Below the pieces are notes generated by a model that was given only the letters and a program-made list of their open reading frames with translations, was not told the DNA's origin and did no database searches. A stretch of 61,410 nucleotides of DNA from Azonexus sp. Its GTDB lineage: Bacteria; Pseudomonadota; Gammaproteobacteria; Burkholderiales; Rhodocyclaceae. Positions 10,378 to 19,720 of this stretch are shown in pieces (the first letter of the stretch is position 1; each line of letters starts with the position of its first letter). The DNA lies in NCBI GenBank assembly GCA_034004105.1, contig JAVEXE010000001.1, forward strand, positions 1 to 61,410, in the 5' to 3' direction. Both the position numbers and the translations under genes were made by a program.

Positions 10378-10739
10378 CCGGGCTGACCAACCAGTTCGCG
10401 AAGTCTGAGCGTCATATCGGGAATTCCGGTTGCGTTGTCTTCTGGCAGCCGCAGAATGGCAGCCGAATTCATGACGGCACACCCGCACTCCTTCGATAGC
10501 GTGGTCAATGCCCCCTCTACCTTGCTCGCGTACTCGCCTGCCGATTGAAAAAGCGCTTTCTGATCTTGTTCAGTCATGCCGGGGGTGATCTTCTCGGCCA
10601 GACGCTTCTTCTGCTCATCAAACATTTCACCCATGTCCACGCGAACAATTCGCGGAGCAGGATGCGTGTATAGCCACGCCCAGGCCAACACTGCCGCAGA
10701 CAATACGGAAACAGCCCAGGTAATGATGTGCGCTCTCAA
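10374..10739 (-). CDS. trbI: TrbI-like F-type transfer protein
   Basis: N-terminal TM helix, IVRVDM, C-terminal IPDMT; directly after traC. Confidence 0.65.
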   Translation of the reverse strand: MRAHIITWAVSVLSAAVLAWAWLYTHPAPRIVRVDMGEMFDEQKKRLAEKITPGMTEQDQKALFQSAGEYASKVEGALTTLSKECGCAVMNSAAILRLPEDNATGIPDMTLRLRELVGQPG

Positions 10740-13306
10740 TGCATGCCTCTTTGCTTCAGGATGGTTCCGATTGCCTCGATAACGGACATCCCCTGGTCAG
10801 CCAGCGTCTTGATCGACTGATAGTCCTCTGCTCGTGTCGAATAGAGCAGCATCGAGAATGGGTCCAGGATCAGCCGCCCAACCCCCGAGCCCATTGGTCC
10901 ATGGACGAATATCTCCGAGTAGTGGCCATGCTCGGTGCTGACCGATGACAGCTGCCGCTTCATCCATTCGTCGACATGAAGCTTGCCCTCCTTTCCAAGC
11001 CGATCGATGCTTTCCGGCTTTTGCCGAAGGAGGAACAACCAGTCGGCATTGGTGATGGCCGCTCGTGTTGCTTCGTTTTTGTAATAGTCGTCGACCGACT
11101 GCGTGATCGTGCCGAAGGCCCCGCCATATTTCCGGGCACGCCGGTAGCCAGCCTCGATAAAGTTCGCGCTCGACCCACTGCCCATAAGATCCCAGGCCTC
11201 GTCAATGATGACCAGCTTGCGCTTGGATCGGTCGAGGTACATTTCCTGAGTAATGCGATACATCATCAACTGCATCACCACGGCCTGCAGATCCTTCTTG
11301 GCCTTGAGCTCTTCCAGTTCAAGCACAACCAGGTTCTTGCGAAATTCGATGTTGGCCTCGCCCTCAAAGTAGCTCGCATAGATGCCGTACTTGGTATAGG
11401 GCTCCAGAGACGTCGCCAATCGGGAAAGATCCCGTTCGGTTTCCCCCTCTTCACTGAGTCGGCCGGTGCGCAACAAGTCATAGACATCGGTGATCGTCGC
11501 CGCCTTTTCCTTCTGGTCCCAGACCCGCTTGATGGCAGCTGCCAGCGCCGAGTAGGCGTAGTTATCGAGCGGGCCTCGTGGGCTGGCCATCTGCGCGATC
11601 AAAGGAAGCAGCATTTCCATGTCGTTGTTGATGTCAACGACCATGGAGAATGGGTTGAGGCATATCGTGTTGCTCCTCTCATCGGAGAATTCGATGAATT
11701 CGCCATCCAGCAGCTCAGACAGATTTCGATATGACCGCCCCACATCGATGATCCAGACCTTGGTCCCGGTTCCGAGATAGCGGAAGGCCATTTCGTTGAC
11801 GAAGACCGACTTGCCGGATCCGGAAAGTGCCGCCACGGCAAAGTTGTAGTTGCCGCCCGTGTTGTCGAAAAGATCGAAAGTCATGATCTGACCTCGACGG
11901 CCGAACAGTGTCATGACCGGGGTTGCCGTTCCCTTCCATTCGGCGATGAGCGGTGACGTCATGACCGCGTTATCCGCTGTCTTGGTACCCGCACGCCCAA
12001 ACAACTGCAAATCCTTTTGCAGCGCCGGACTGAGCGTACATGGCATGGATGCCACGAAGGCCTGGTGCTGCAGATAGACATCCTTGGCCAGATCAAATCC
12101 CCTGGCCCGCCAGACTGCGCGGACAGCATGCTCGGTACGGGATACGTCCTCGATGCGCGAAAGTAGAACGATCTGGTGGTACATCTGGACGACATTGCGA
12201 CCGTTGTCAAAGGCGCGCAGCACCATGTCCCAGTCACGCTTGCGATCCTGAAGGTCGGGCTGGAAGTGTGACATGTAGGAACCGGCCGCCTGGGTCGCCC
12301 GTGCCGCCTTGATCAACGCTTTGCTCCGGGCCGATTCGTAATCCAGGAGGATGGCGCCCATCGTGATGAGAAAGGGGCAAGGAATGGCCAGCGCCATCTG
12401 GTAGTAATCGCCGATCAGGGAGCCCATGTTGCCCAGCCGGTAATACTTCGGATATTGACGTACCGAGAAACATTGCATCGCGGTTTCCGCGCCCCCCTCC
12501 TTCCGATACTTGATGAAGGTATCGGCAACGGCGGAAGCAATTTCGGGGTTCGACAACTGGCTGCGTAGCGATCGCGAACTGTCGTACTCGATATGCCGAT
12601 CTTCCGGTTGGCCCAGCACCCGCTCGTGATCGAAGAAATCCGCCACATAGTTCAGCAGGTTTTCCGGTCCCCAATCCCATCCGGGCATATGCGCGGATCG
12701 CAAGGTGGCATGGGTACTCTCCTTGATCCGAATCGCCTCCTCCACGTCGGCCGGACTTTCCGGATCCAGTGGCATCGTGATGGCAATGACACAGCGGTAG
12801 TCGCGCAGCAGATAGACGTGATGAGAGAAGAGCGACTTACCCGCTCCCTTCAGATAGTGGTCGATGCGGCGCCGACCGAGGACTCGATAGATGTTCCGAT
12901 TCCGGTTTGACTCTCCTTCTCCAGAGCGAAAATCGTCCTCGGGCAACATATTGGCCTGCTCTTTGAGGGAAGGCAGGATGTGCGGGCTGGCATACAGGGA
13001 GACCTGAATACCGGTGCCAGCGGGACATGACATGAAGAGGCTCGCCAGCACGCGCTCCATTTCCTCGTTGGATCCCGTTTGCGGTACCGTCTCGATACAA
13101 AATCCCATCGAGAGGCCGGATTTATCGCCAAAGGCACCTTGATCGAGTACATACAGGCCCTCATCGCTCATCCAGCCCAGATAGGGAAGGATGCCGCTTA
13201 GCCTCGGCAGCGTAGCGATTCGTTCCAGCAGGTTGCGCTGCACCGCATCGGCAGGCTCGAATCGCTCGCCATAGAAGACCGATTTAACGGCTTCAAGAAA
13301 ACTCAC
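10736..13306 (-). CDS. traC: VirB4-family ATPase TraC
   Basis: Walker A ALSGSGKS, IIDVGRSY, Walker B IIDEAWDL, RRARKYGG. Confidence 0.96.
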   Translation of the reverse strand: MSFLEAVKSVFYGERFEPADAVQRNLLERIATLPRLSGILPYLGWMSDEGLYVLDQGAFGDKSGLSMGFCIETVPQTGSNEEMERVLASLFMSCPAGTGIQVSLYASPHILPSLKEQANMLPEDDFRSGEGESNRNRNIYRVLGRRRIDHYLKGAGKSLFSHHVYLLRDYRCVIAITMPLDPESPADVEEAIRIKESTHATLRSAHMPGWDWGPENLLNYVADFFDHERVLGQPEDRHIEYDSSRSLRSQLSNPEIASAVADTFIKYRKEGGAETAMQCFSVRQYPKYYRLGNMGSLIGDYYQMALAIPCPFLITMGAILLDYESARSKALIKAARATQAAGSYMSHFQPDLQDRKRDWDMVLRAFDNGRNVVQMYHQIVLLSRIEDVSRTEHAVRAVWRARGFDLAKDVYLQHQAFVASMPCTLSPALQKDLQLFGRAGTKTADNAVMTSPLIAEWKGTATPVMTLFGRRGQIMTFDLFDNTGGNYNFAVAALSGSGKSVFVNEMAFRYLGTGTKVWIIDVGRSYRNLSELLDGEFIEFSDERSNTICLNPFSMVVDINNDMEMLLPLIAQMASPRGPLDNYAYSALAAAIKRVWDQKEKAATITDVYDLLRTGRLSEEGETERDLSRLATSLEPYTKYGIYASYFEGEANIEFRKNLVVLELEELKAKKDLQAVVMQLMMYRITQEMYLDRSKRKLVIIDEAWDLMGSGSSANFIEAGYRRARKYGGAFGTITQSVDDYYKNEATRAAITNADWLFLLRQKPESIDRLGKEGKLHVDEWMKRQLSSVSTEHGHYSEIFVHGPMGSGVGRLILDPFSMLLYSTRAEDYQSIKTLADQGMSVIEAIGTILKQRGMH

Positions 13307-13881
13307 TCGCGGTCTCCCGCGAAAGCATCAGCACCCGTCGGAGCAATGGCCTGATTGCCCGGAAGCGTCGGCCCGCCCACAGGGGGTACCGGGCGCTGTG
13401 TCTGTGAGGACGGCTTTTGTGTAGCTTTCCCGTTGGATCCGGGCTTCAGGAAGGTCGGACGATAGCGATCTACGATTTGTCGCTGACTATGCTCGATGGC
13501 CCAGCGCCCTGCATTGGCGACCACGTACAGATAGGACTGGTCGTGCAGGTCCCCATCCGTGTCTTCCCATGGGGCTATCCAGATGCGCATGACCTTGGGC
13601 TGAACCCGCACGGGATCTCCAGATGATGCGATCTGACCGGTAATCAGCGCTCCCCGTGATTGGGGCGTCGCGGCCTGCTCGCCATTTCCATCTTTACGTA
13701 GCGCCGGCAAATTGTTGGCGACGGCATTGGCGTAAACACCGGAAAGCGATGAACAGGTCACGCCATCCGGTGCCTTGCAGGCGAACTTGCTTTCCCCTTC
13801 AAGCCCCGTCAGGGTACCGGCACATCCGGTCACCCCCAACATGACGATAGCCGCCAACCCCAAGACCTGCCGCATGATCAA
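13303..13881 (-). CDS. traV: Lipoprotein TraV
   Basis: Lipobox VTGC, FACKAPDGVTCSS, MRIWIAPWEDTDGDLH. Confidence 0.92.
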   Translation of the reverse strand: MIMRQVLGLAAIVMLGVTGCAGTLTGLEGESKFACKAPDGVTCSSLSGVYANAVANNLPALRKDGNGEQAATPQSRGALITGQIASSGDPVRVQPKVMRIWIAPWEDTDGDLHDQSYLYVVANAGRWAIEHSQRQIVDRYRPTFLKPGSNGKATQKPSSQTQRPVPPVGGPTLPGNQAIAPTGADAFAGDRE

Positions 13882-14645
13882 TCCCCCCCTTTCAATCTTG
13901 GCGTAACCGCCGATTTCGTTGTGGCGGGATTACCTGCCAGGCGCCGATCAATTTCGGCGGCAGGCGCGGCTCCAGGAATCAGACTGCCATCCTGAAGAAT
14001 CATCATGGGCGTGCCATTGATGCCCAGACTGTTCGCCAGTTGATTGATGCGTACGATCGGGGTGGCGCACTTCGGACTCTCTGCCACCTTGCCCGTGGCC
14101 ATCAGCTCAGTCCATGCCTTTGCAGGATTAGGGGCGCACCAGACCCGCTCTGCTTTTCCCTTAGCTTCGGGATGCAGCCCTTCCAGCGGGTAGAGGAAAG
14201 TAAAGATCGAGACGTTATCGAGTTTGGCCAATTCACTTTCCAGCCCTTTGCAGTAAGGGCAGTCCGGATCGGAAAACACGGCCAGCATGCGGCTGCCATC
14301 GCCACGTACCGTCTTGATGGCATCCTGGAGCGGCAATTGGGTGAAGTCGATGCGGTTGATGTCGCTCAGGCGCTGGGCGGTCAGATCCTTTTGCTCACGC
14401 ATATCGAACAAGTGGCCAAAGACAAAATACCGGCCGGAGGTATCCGTAAAGGCGACATTTCTGCCCATGGTCACCTCGAAGAGCCCTGCGACCTCGGACT
14501 GGCGGACGGCGGTAATACGGGTCGACGGGTAGAGTTCCTTGAGACGGGCCGCCAACTCGGTTTCGGTATTACTGGGTGATGCACTGGCAACCCCCGCCAC
14601 AGAGACGAGGAAGGTGGCCAATGAAACGACGATTGATTTACGCAT
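13878..14645 (-). CDS. dsbC: DsbC-family thiol:disulfide isomerase
   Basis: VFSDPDCPYCK, GINGTP, signal peptide. Confidence 0.92.
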   Translation of the reverse strand: MRKSIVVSLATFLVSVAGVASASPSNTETELAARLKELYPSTRITAVRQSEVAGLFEVTMGRNVAFTDTSGRYFVFGHLFDMREQKDLTAQRLSDINRIDFTQLPLQDAIKTVRGDGSRMLAVFSDPDCPYCKGLESELAKLDNVSIFTFLYPLEGLHPEAKGKAERVWCAPNPAKAWTELMATGKVAESPKCATPIVRINQLANSLGINGTPMMILQDGSLIPGAAPAAEIDRRLAGNPATTKSAVTPRLKGGD

Positions 14646-14651
14646 CTGCGC

Positions 14652-15935
14652 TTACTCCATGGGGTTCAGGGACTTTTTCATGATCTGGCGTCCGCGCTTC
14701 CAGATTTCCGAGTAGGTGTCTTCCTCGGCGCCGCCTGCCATTCCCAGCGACACGCCCTTGGTCAGGACGACATCGACGACACGTCCTGCATCGACTTCGA
14801 TAATCGGAAACATCTTCTCGGCGAGCGTGATGTAGTACTGGGAGAGTCGATCCAGCGCCTTGCCCACACCGGATCCGATGCCGGCCTGCATCTGTTTTCC
14901 AGACTCCACGGTTCCAACGGTGCCCAGCGCACTCGTGCTGTAGCTCGTCGCGCTTTGCTGGAAACCTTGTCCGATCCCCGAGATGATTCCGGTCATCAGC
15001 GCATTGGCCAGCACCTGACCTTGCTTGCTGACCAATCGGCCACGGAGTCCGGCCTTGCCATCCTCGCCCACAACATAGCCCTTGATCGTGGCATCGACCA
15101 CTTCACCGCTGTTCAGAACACACGACAGCGACTCAAGACGCAAATAGGCGCGTTCGGAACTGATGTCGCCATAGCCTGATCCGAGAATGAAACACTCTTT
15201 CACTTTGGCGCGGTATCGGTTTGGAAGGAAGGCGTTGTCCTGCACACGCAGGAGGATTGGCCAGGGGTTGTTCTGAGCTTGTCCCCCCGTAGGGGCATCC
15301 AGACCGCCCATCAGCGCCACGCGCATGAAGGATCCGGACGGTATGTAGGTTTTGTTCTGCTTGCCATCCTCGGGCATTGGCGGATTTGCGGCGACCGTGT
15401 CACTGACCTCGAATGCGGCAATGCCGGGCTCTTTGGGCACAACTGGCGTCGGCAGTGGCGGCAAGGGTGATGACATTGCTTCGGATGCGCGCCCCATGGA
15501 CGGCGCAGGGCCTTGTGGCAATTCCCCAGGGGCTGCCGCCTGTGCCTGTGCGGGTGGCATGGGAGGTAATGGCGGAAGCACACTCGCCTGCCTCGATGAC
15601 GCTTGAGGCGTTGCCTGTCTTTGCTCAACCTCGGCCAGTTTCTGTTTCATGCCCTGGATGACGATATCCATCTCTTTCATCTGCTGGGACGATTGCGACA
15701 TCCAGACATCTCGGGGATCGACCTGTGCACCTGGCGTCGCTATGTTTCTGGACTTATCCAGTTTGGCTGTCTGAGGTACAACCGGCGGTTGGTTGTCCCA
15801 CAGAGCGATGCTGCCAAAGACCAATCCGATGAAACCTGTCCCGATGCCTCCCAGCACCAGATACTGCTTGGCTTTGGGGGACAAGCCCTTCAGATACGTC
15901 GAGATGCCCCCTGCAACGGCAGTCGGATCACTCAT
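14652..15935 (-). CDS. traB: VirB10-like TraB
   Basis: Pro-rich linker, GDISSERAYLR, GEDGKAGLRGRLV, PIIEVDAGR. Confidence 0.93.
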   Translation of the reverse strand: MSDPTAVAGGISTYLKGLSPKAKQYLVLGGIGTGFIGLVFGSIALWDNQPPVVPQTAKLDKSRNIATPGAQVDPRDVWMSQSSQQMKEMDIVIQGMKQKLAEVEQRQATPQASSRQASVLPPLPPMPPAQAQAAAPGELPQGPAPSMGRASEAMSSPLPPLPTPVVPKEPGIAAFEVSDTVAANPPMPEDGKQNKTYIPSGSFMRVALMGGLDAPTGGQAQNNPWPILLRVQDNAFLPNRYRAKVKECFILGSGYGDISSERAYLRLESLSCVLNSGEVVDATIKGYVVGEDGKAGLRGRLVSKQGQVLANALMTGIISGIGQGFQQSATSYSTSALGTVGTVESGKQMQAGIGSGVGKALDRLSQYYITLAEKMFPIIEVDAGRVVDVVLTKGVSLGMAGGAEEDTYSEIWKRGRQIMKKSLNPME

Positions 15936-16611
15936 CGGTGCTCTCCGATAACACGAATACATCCGTGCTCTCTCCCGGCGAAAGCTGGGGCTTGGCTATC
16001 GATACGGCCACGACATGACGACGATAGAGCTCCCGTTCATTCAGCACCATAAGGTTGGCGGAGGTATTGGTGAGCTGGTACTTCTCCCCTTTTAGCGGGC
16101 CATCGATCACCTTGGTCAGGACAAACAAGGCTTCGGACCATAGGGGCACGATCTCGTTGGTGACCCGGAAGTCGAATTCGCCATCGCCATCAGACTGAAG
16201 GGACAACAGGACACGCTTGATCAGCTGATTTCTGGGGACATCCCTGCCTTGTGCGGTAACGGCGCCGCTGATTGATCGGCTTTTGATGGTGATGGAGTCC
16301 GAAGGCCCGTCGATAACCGATAGAAGCAGCTTCCAGGTCCGACCGCTTTCGTCCGACACGAAGAGACTGAGGGTTGATTTGTCCGTGCTTGGCTTGATGT
16401 AAGCCGTACCGGCTTCCTTGTCGGCGGTAACCGCGAATTCGCCTTCAGCGCCGAAGATTCGGCGAACACGATGGCCATCGATACGGATCAGGGTCGGCTC
16501 GGCACGCGAAACTCTGGCGCTCAATGTATCGTCCGGCTTGCCAACCAGCACTTGAGCGGCACTGGCCGAAAAGCTAGCGACCAGGAGCGGTATCAAAAGG
16601 ATTTTGTTCAC
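15928..16611 (-). CDS. traK: Secretin-like TraK
   Basis: Signal peptide; lies between traE and traB; C-terminal LSPGESTDVFV; probable GTG start at 16611. Confidence 0.85.
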   Translation of the reverse strand: MNKILLIPLLVASFSASAAQVLVGKPDDTLSARVSRAEPTLIRIDGHRVRRIFGAEGEFAVTADKEAGTAYIKPSTDKSTLSLFVSDESGRTWKLLLSVIDGPSDSITIKSRSISGAVTAQGRDVPRNQLIKRVLLSLQSDGDGEFDFRVTNEIVPLWSEALFVLTKVIDGPLKGEKYQLTNTSANLMVLNERELYRRHVVAVSIAKPQLSPGESTDVFVLSESTDE

Positions 16612-17161
16612 TGGTTTCCTTGAACTCCGATACATAGAGTTTTCCATTCATGTTCTTAAAGCCGATGACATAGGTGGCTTGCCGCTCTCCAGCCTTCTTG
16701 TCGGATGCCCAGGTAAAGAGAACACCCGACAGGGCGACACGTAGCGATTTCTCATCGGGCGTGATGTTGCGTACTGAAAATTGCGTGGCCGTGTTGTTCT
16801 TCTTGAGGAACGCTGCCCGCGCGCCCATTTCCATTTGGAGTCGTCCATACTCCGACGGCGCTGCATACTTCAGGAACAACCCGTTTTGATAGCTTGAGAC
16901 GGCCGGCGTGATGTTGAGAGCGAGACCGGCATACCAATAGGCCATGTCTTCGAGGTACTCCTTGGAGACCGAATCGCCCGAAACCCAATAACTGCGCTTG
17001 ATTTCTGGCGGTGTCAGGACTGTCTTCTCATTGCCAATCAACTTCAGGACGACGACGGCGCCGACCAGGATCACCAGCAGTAATCCGGCCAGGAGAATGC
17101 GCATGAAGCGTATTTCCTGCGACGCATTGGCTTGATCGGAGAGGTAGTTTCGAAAGAGCAT
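16574..17161 (-). CDS. traE: TraE
   Basis: TM helix followed by TVLTPPEI, SKEYLEDMA, LNITP. Confidence 0.9.
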   Translation of the reverse strand: MLFRNYLSDQANASQEIRFMRILLAGLLLVILVGAVVVLKLIGNEKTVLTPPEIKRSYWVSGDSVSKEYLEDMAYWYAGLALNITPAVSSYQNGLFLKYAAPSEYGRLQMEMGARAAFLKKNNTATQFSVRNITPDEKSLRVALSGVLFTWASDKKAGERQATYVIGFKNMNGKLYVSEFKETSEQNPFDTAPGR

Positions 17162-17164
17162 TGC

Positions 17165-17467
17165 CTACCCCAGGAAGTACCGTTGGTCGGAAGGCGGCGT
17201 GGCACGCAGCTTCAGGAACAGGCCGCTCGGAAACCACCAATAGAGGGCATGCGCGGCGAACTTGGGATGTTTGCCGGCCTTCATGCGCCCGTACTGCCAG
17301 GCAGCCGCCGCGCCCATAACCATGCCTGTAATCATGGAACCGGCAATCACCCCCATGCTGATCAGCATGATGGCGATGACCGCCTGGTCCATTTCCCACC
17401 AGAGAAAGCGCTCCTGAGCGTCAAGTGCCTTCGGGATATAGCCGGTTTCATCGCCGCCGTGGTTCAT
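17165..17467 (-). CDS. traL: TraL
   Basis: YIPKALD...FLWWEMD...HALYWW...TPPS. Confidence 0.9.
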   Translation of the reverse strand: MNHGGDETGYIPKALDAQERFLWWEMDQAVIAIMLISMGVIAGSMITGMVMGAAAAWQYGRMKAGKHPKFAAHALYWWFPSGLFLKLRATPPSDQRYFLG

Positions 17468-17476
17468 GTGCCCACC

Positions 17477-17764
17477 TCAAACCGTGGCCGTCAGAATGCC
17501 GGTGATGATGGTCGGCGTGTATTGCAGGAAGATCGCGAACCCTGCCCCGGACAAGATCGGGATCGGATTAACGCGAGCGATCGAAATGATCGCGCCCAAG
17601 CCAACCGCAGCCACCGCCACGGCCCGTCCGAAGTAACCCGTGACGACATCATTGGTCCACGTATAGAGGGCCTGGAATTCAGTACCCGTGGTACCGGCAA
17701 AAGCGCTTCCAGCAAGCAGAACAAGAACGACAGCCAGTGCAGCATGGTGCGATTTACGATTCAC
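17477..17764 (-). CDS. traA: Conjugative pilin TraA
   Basis: GTG start after AAGGAG; leader ending AFA, then GTTGTEF...GYFGR and two TM helices; precedes traL. Confidence 0.85.
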   Translation of the reverse strand: MNRKSHHAALAVVLVLLAGSAFAGTTGTEFQALYTWTNDVVTGYFGRAVAVAAVGLGAIISIARVNPIPILSGAGFAIFLQYTPTIITGILTATV

Positions 17765-17954
17765 TTTTTTTAACTCCTTTGGTATGGTCGATAACGGATT
17801 TGATGAGCCAGCCGATACCAATGCCCAGCGCGATACCGCCGATATGGGCTTCGAACCCTTTATCGAGCAGCGATCCGGGAAGCAGGGATCCCATCGCGAT
17901 GAAGGCACTGGCGATCAGCGTGTCCCGAACAGCTTCTTTTGTCTTGGGAATCAC
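17754..17954 (-). CDS. Small 2-TM hypothetical protein in the tra operon
   Basis: 66 aa, overlaps both neighbours, two hydrophobic segments. Confidence 0.55.
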   Translation of the reverse strand: MIPKTKEAVRDTLIASAFIAMGSLLPGSLLDKGFEAHIGGIALGIGIGWLIKSVIDHTKGVKKSES

Positions 17955-18598
17955 CTAACGGTCTCCTTCTTGGTGGTTGATGACTTGTTGCCAGCCAGAT
18001 CGCTCTGGCGTTCACGAAGGACGACTTCGACGCGGCGATTGGCTGCGCGTCCATCATCCGTATCGTTCGGGGCGAGGTAGCAACACTTCCCTTTGGCTTC
18101 GACTTCCATCGGAATGCGAATACCGCGACGTTTCAGCCACGCGGCCACGAACTCTGCTCTGCGAAGTGCCAGCCGTTCATTGAAGCGACTTCCTCCAATG
18201 TCGTCGGTATGGCCGGTGATATGGATCACGTGTGATGCACGGATCTCTTGCAGGATCCTGGTCAGCCGATCGACACCGTCTTGTGTCGGAACCGCCTGCG
18301 CGAACTTGAAATGCACCTTGTGCGCAACGACGGGCTCGGGCTTTGCCGCCTGGATTTCCGGCAACGGTGTTTGCCCTGTGGTCTGCAGCTGCGGCGCCGG
18401 TAGAAGGACTGTCTTGGGTGTGGGCTTTGGGCAGGTCTTATCCACGTCGCAGGAACGCCACTCCTGACCACCCCACCCGATGCCGATCGTTTGGGTTTTT
18501 TGCGCTTGTTCTTTTGGCTCGTCCTTGCCCAACCATGGCCACGAACAACCCGTGAGCAGACCTGCCGCAACAGCCATCATCATCAAACTGCGGATCAC
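17951..18598 (-). CDS. OmpA-family lipoprotein
   Basis: Lipobox LLTGC; GHTDDIG...NERLALRRA...NRRVEV peptidoglycan-binding domain. Confidence 0.9.
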   Translation of the reverse strand: MIRSLMMMAVAAGLLTGCSWPWLGKDEPKEQAQKTQTIGIGWGGQEWRSCDVDKTCPKPTPKTVLLPAPQLQTTGQTPLPEIQAAKPEPVVAHKVHFKFAQAVPTQDGVDRLTRILQEIRASHVIHITGHTDDIGGSRFNERLALRRAEFVAAWLKRRGIRIPMEVEAKGKCCYLAPNDTDDGRAANRRVEVVLRERQSDLAGNKSSTTKKETVR

Positions 18599-19020
18599 GG
18601 CCCACCCTCCCGCCGCAGGACTGCCGCGATCTTTAACGCATACTGGTTACGCTTGCCCGGGCTGGCTGCGTTGTAAGCGCCGATTGCATTCCAGCTGTAG
18701 CCAAGTTTCGATATGTTTTGTGCGAGGATCCATGCGCCGACATAGGTGTTCGTGCAGGCATCGAACAACTTCTGTTGCGTGATCCCAAATCGCTCAAGCA
18801 CCGGAAGCCAACCGGTATTGATCTGCATATGGCCGATGTCGTAGGAGCCATTGCGATTCCTGTTGACGGCGCTCGGTCGTCCAGACGATTCGACTCGCGA
18901 TATCGCCCTGAGAAGCGACACAGGAAGACTGAATCTGGTCGCCGCCTCATCGAAGCAAGCAGCACTCCCCGTGACGGGGAATAGCAAGAATGTCAGCAAG
19001 AAAGACCATGAAAATCTCAT
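18595..19020 (-). CDS. Lytic transglycosylase (SLT)
   Basis: AISRVES, DIGHMQIN, AIGAYN. Confidence 0.92.
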   Translation of the reverse strand: MRFSWSFLLTFLLFPVTGSAACFDEAATRFSLPVSLLRAISRVESSGRPSAVNRNRNGSYDIGHMQINTGWLPVLERFGITQQKLFDACTNTYVGAWILAQNISKLGYSWNAIGAYNAASPGKRNQYALKIAAVLRREGGP

Positions 19021-19060
19021 GGCCAGAATGCTATGAAGTCAGCCTGCCAAAATCCGGGTT

Positions 19061-19085
19061 AAAAGCATCGTTGTCGAATGCTTTT
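19061..19085. promoter_or_regulatory. Palindromic operator AAAAGCAT-N9-ATGCTTTT upstream of the tra operon
   Basis: Perfect 8-bp arms; the same motif occurs at 42136 and 54028. Confidence 0.7.
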
Positions 19086-19378
19086 CAAATATCCACCTCA
19101 TTGCAGGCTTATAAAGCTGCAAATTTCTTGAGCTGATCGAATTTGAACCCCGCTGGATCGGACAGACTTCACACGAAACACCGATGGGGTTTGCTTCGGG
19201 TAATCCAGGAAACATCCTGCCTCACCATGAGGCTCTGGCTTTCTTAATAGCGCATATATGTCCCCATATGAGACATAAGCATCTCCAAAAGATCGCTTTT
19301 AAGACAATCCGATTGACTAGCCACCAACAAACCATATAATCGCTCACATATGAACCACTAATCATCCTGTGGGATCCC

Positions 19379-19720
19379 ATGCGCTCCACTAAAGAAGACC
19401 CACTTCCCTTGCCAGTCAGCCGGGCCCTGGAAAAACTGGGCCGTGACATTTCCTTCGCGCGCCGCCGCCGGCAGATGCCCCAGGCTATGCTGGCGGAGCG
19501 GATCGGGGTATCCGTCATGACCGTACGTCGCATGGAGGCAGGCAGCCCCACCATCGCCATGCAAACCCTGGCGCGCGCACTCCATGTCTTCGGCGAACTG
19601 GAGCGTCTGAAGCAGCTGCTCGACTCTTCCGAGGACAGCATCGGGCTGGCGTTGATGGATGAAAAGCTGCCCCAGCGCGTGCGCCTGCCCAAGGCCCACA
19701 AAGACAGCGGAGCCCTTTGA
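19379..19720 (+). CDS. XRE HTH antitoxin (HipB-like)
   Basis: ARRRRQMPQAMLAERIGVSVMTVRRMEAG; overlaps the hipA-like gene. Confidence 0.85.
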   Translation: MRSTKEDPLPLPVSRALEKLGRDISFARRRRQMPQAMLAERIGVSVMTVRRMEAGSPTIAMQTLARALHVFGELERLKQLLDSSEDSIGLALMDEKLPQRVRLPKAHKDSGAL

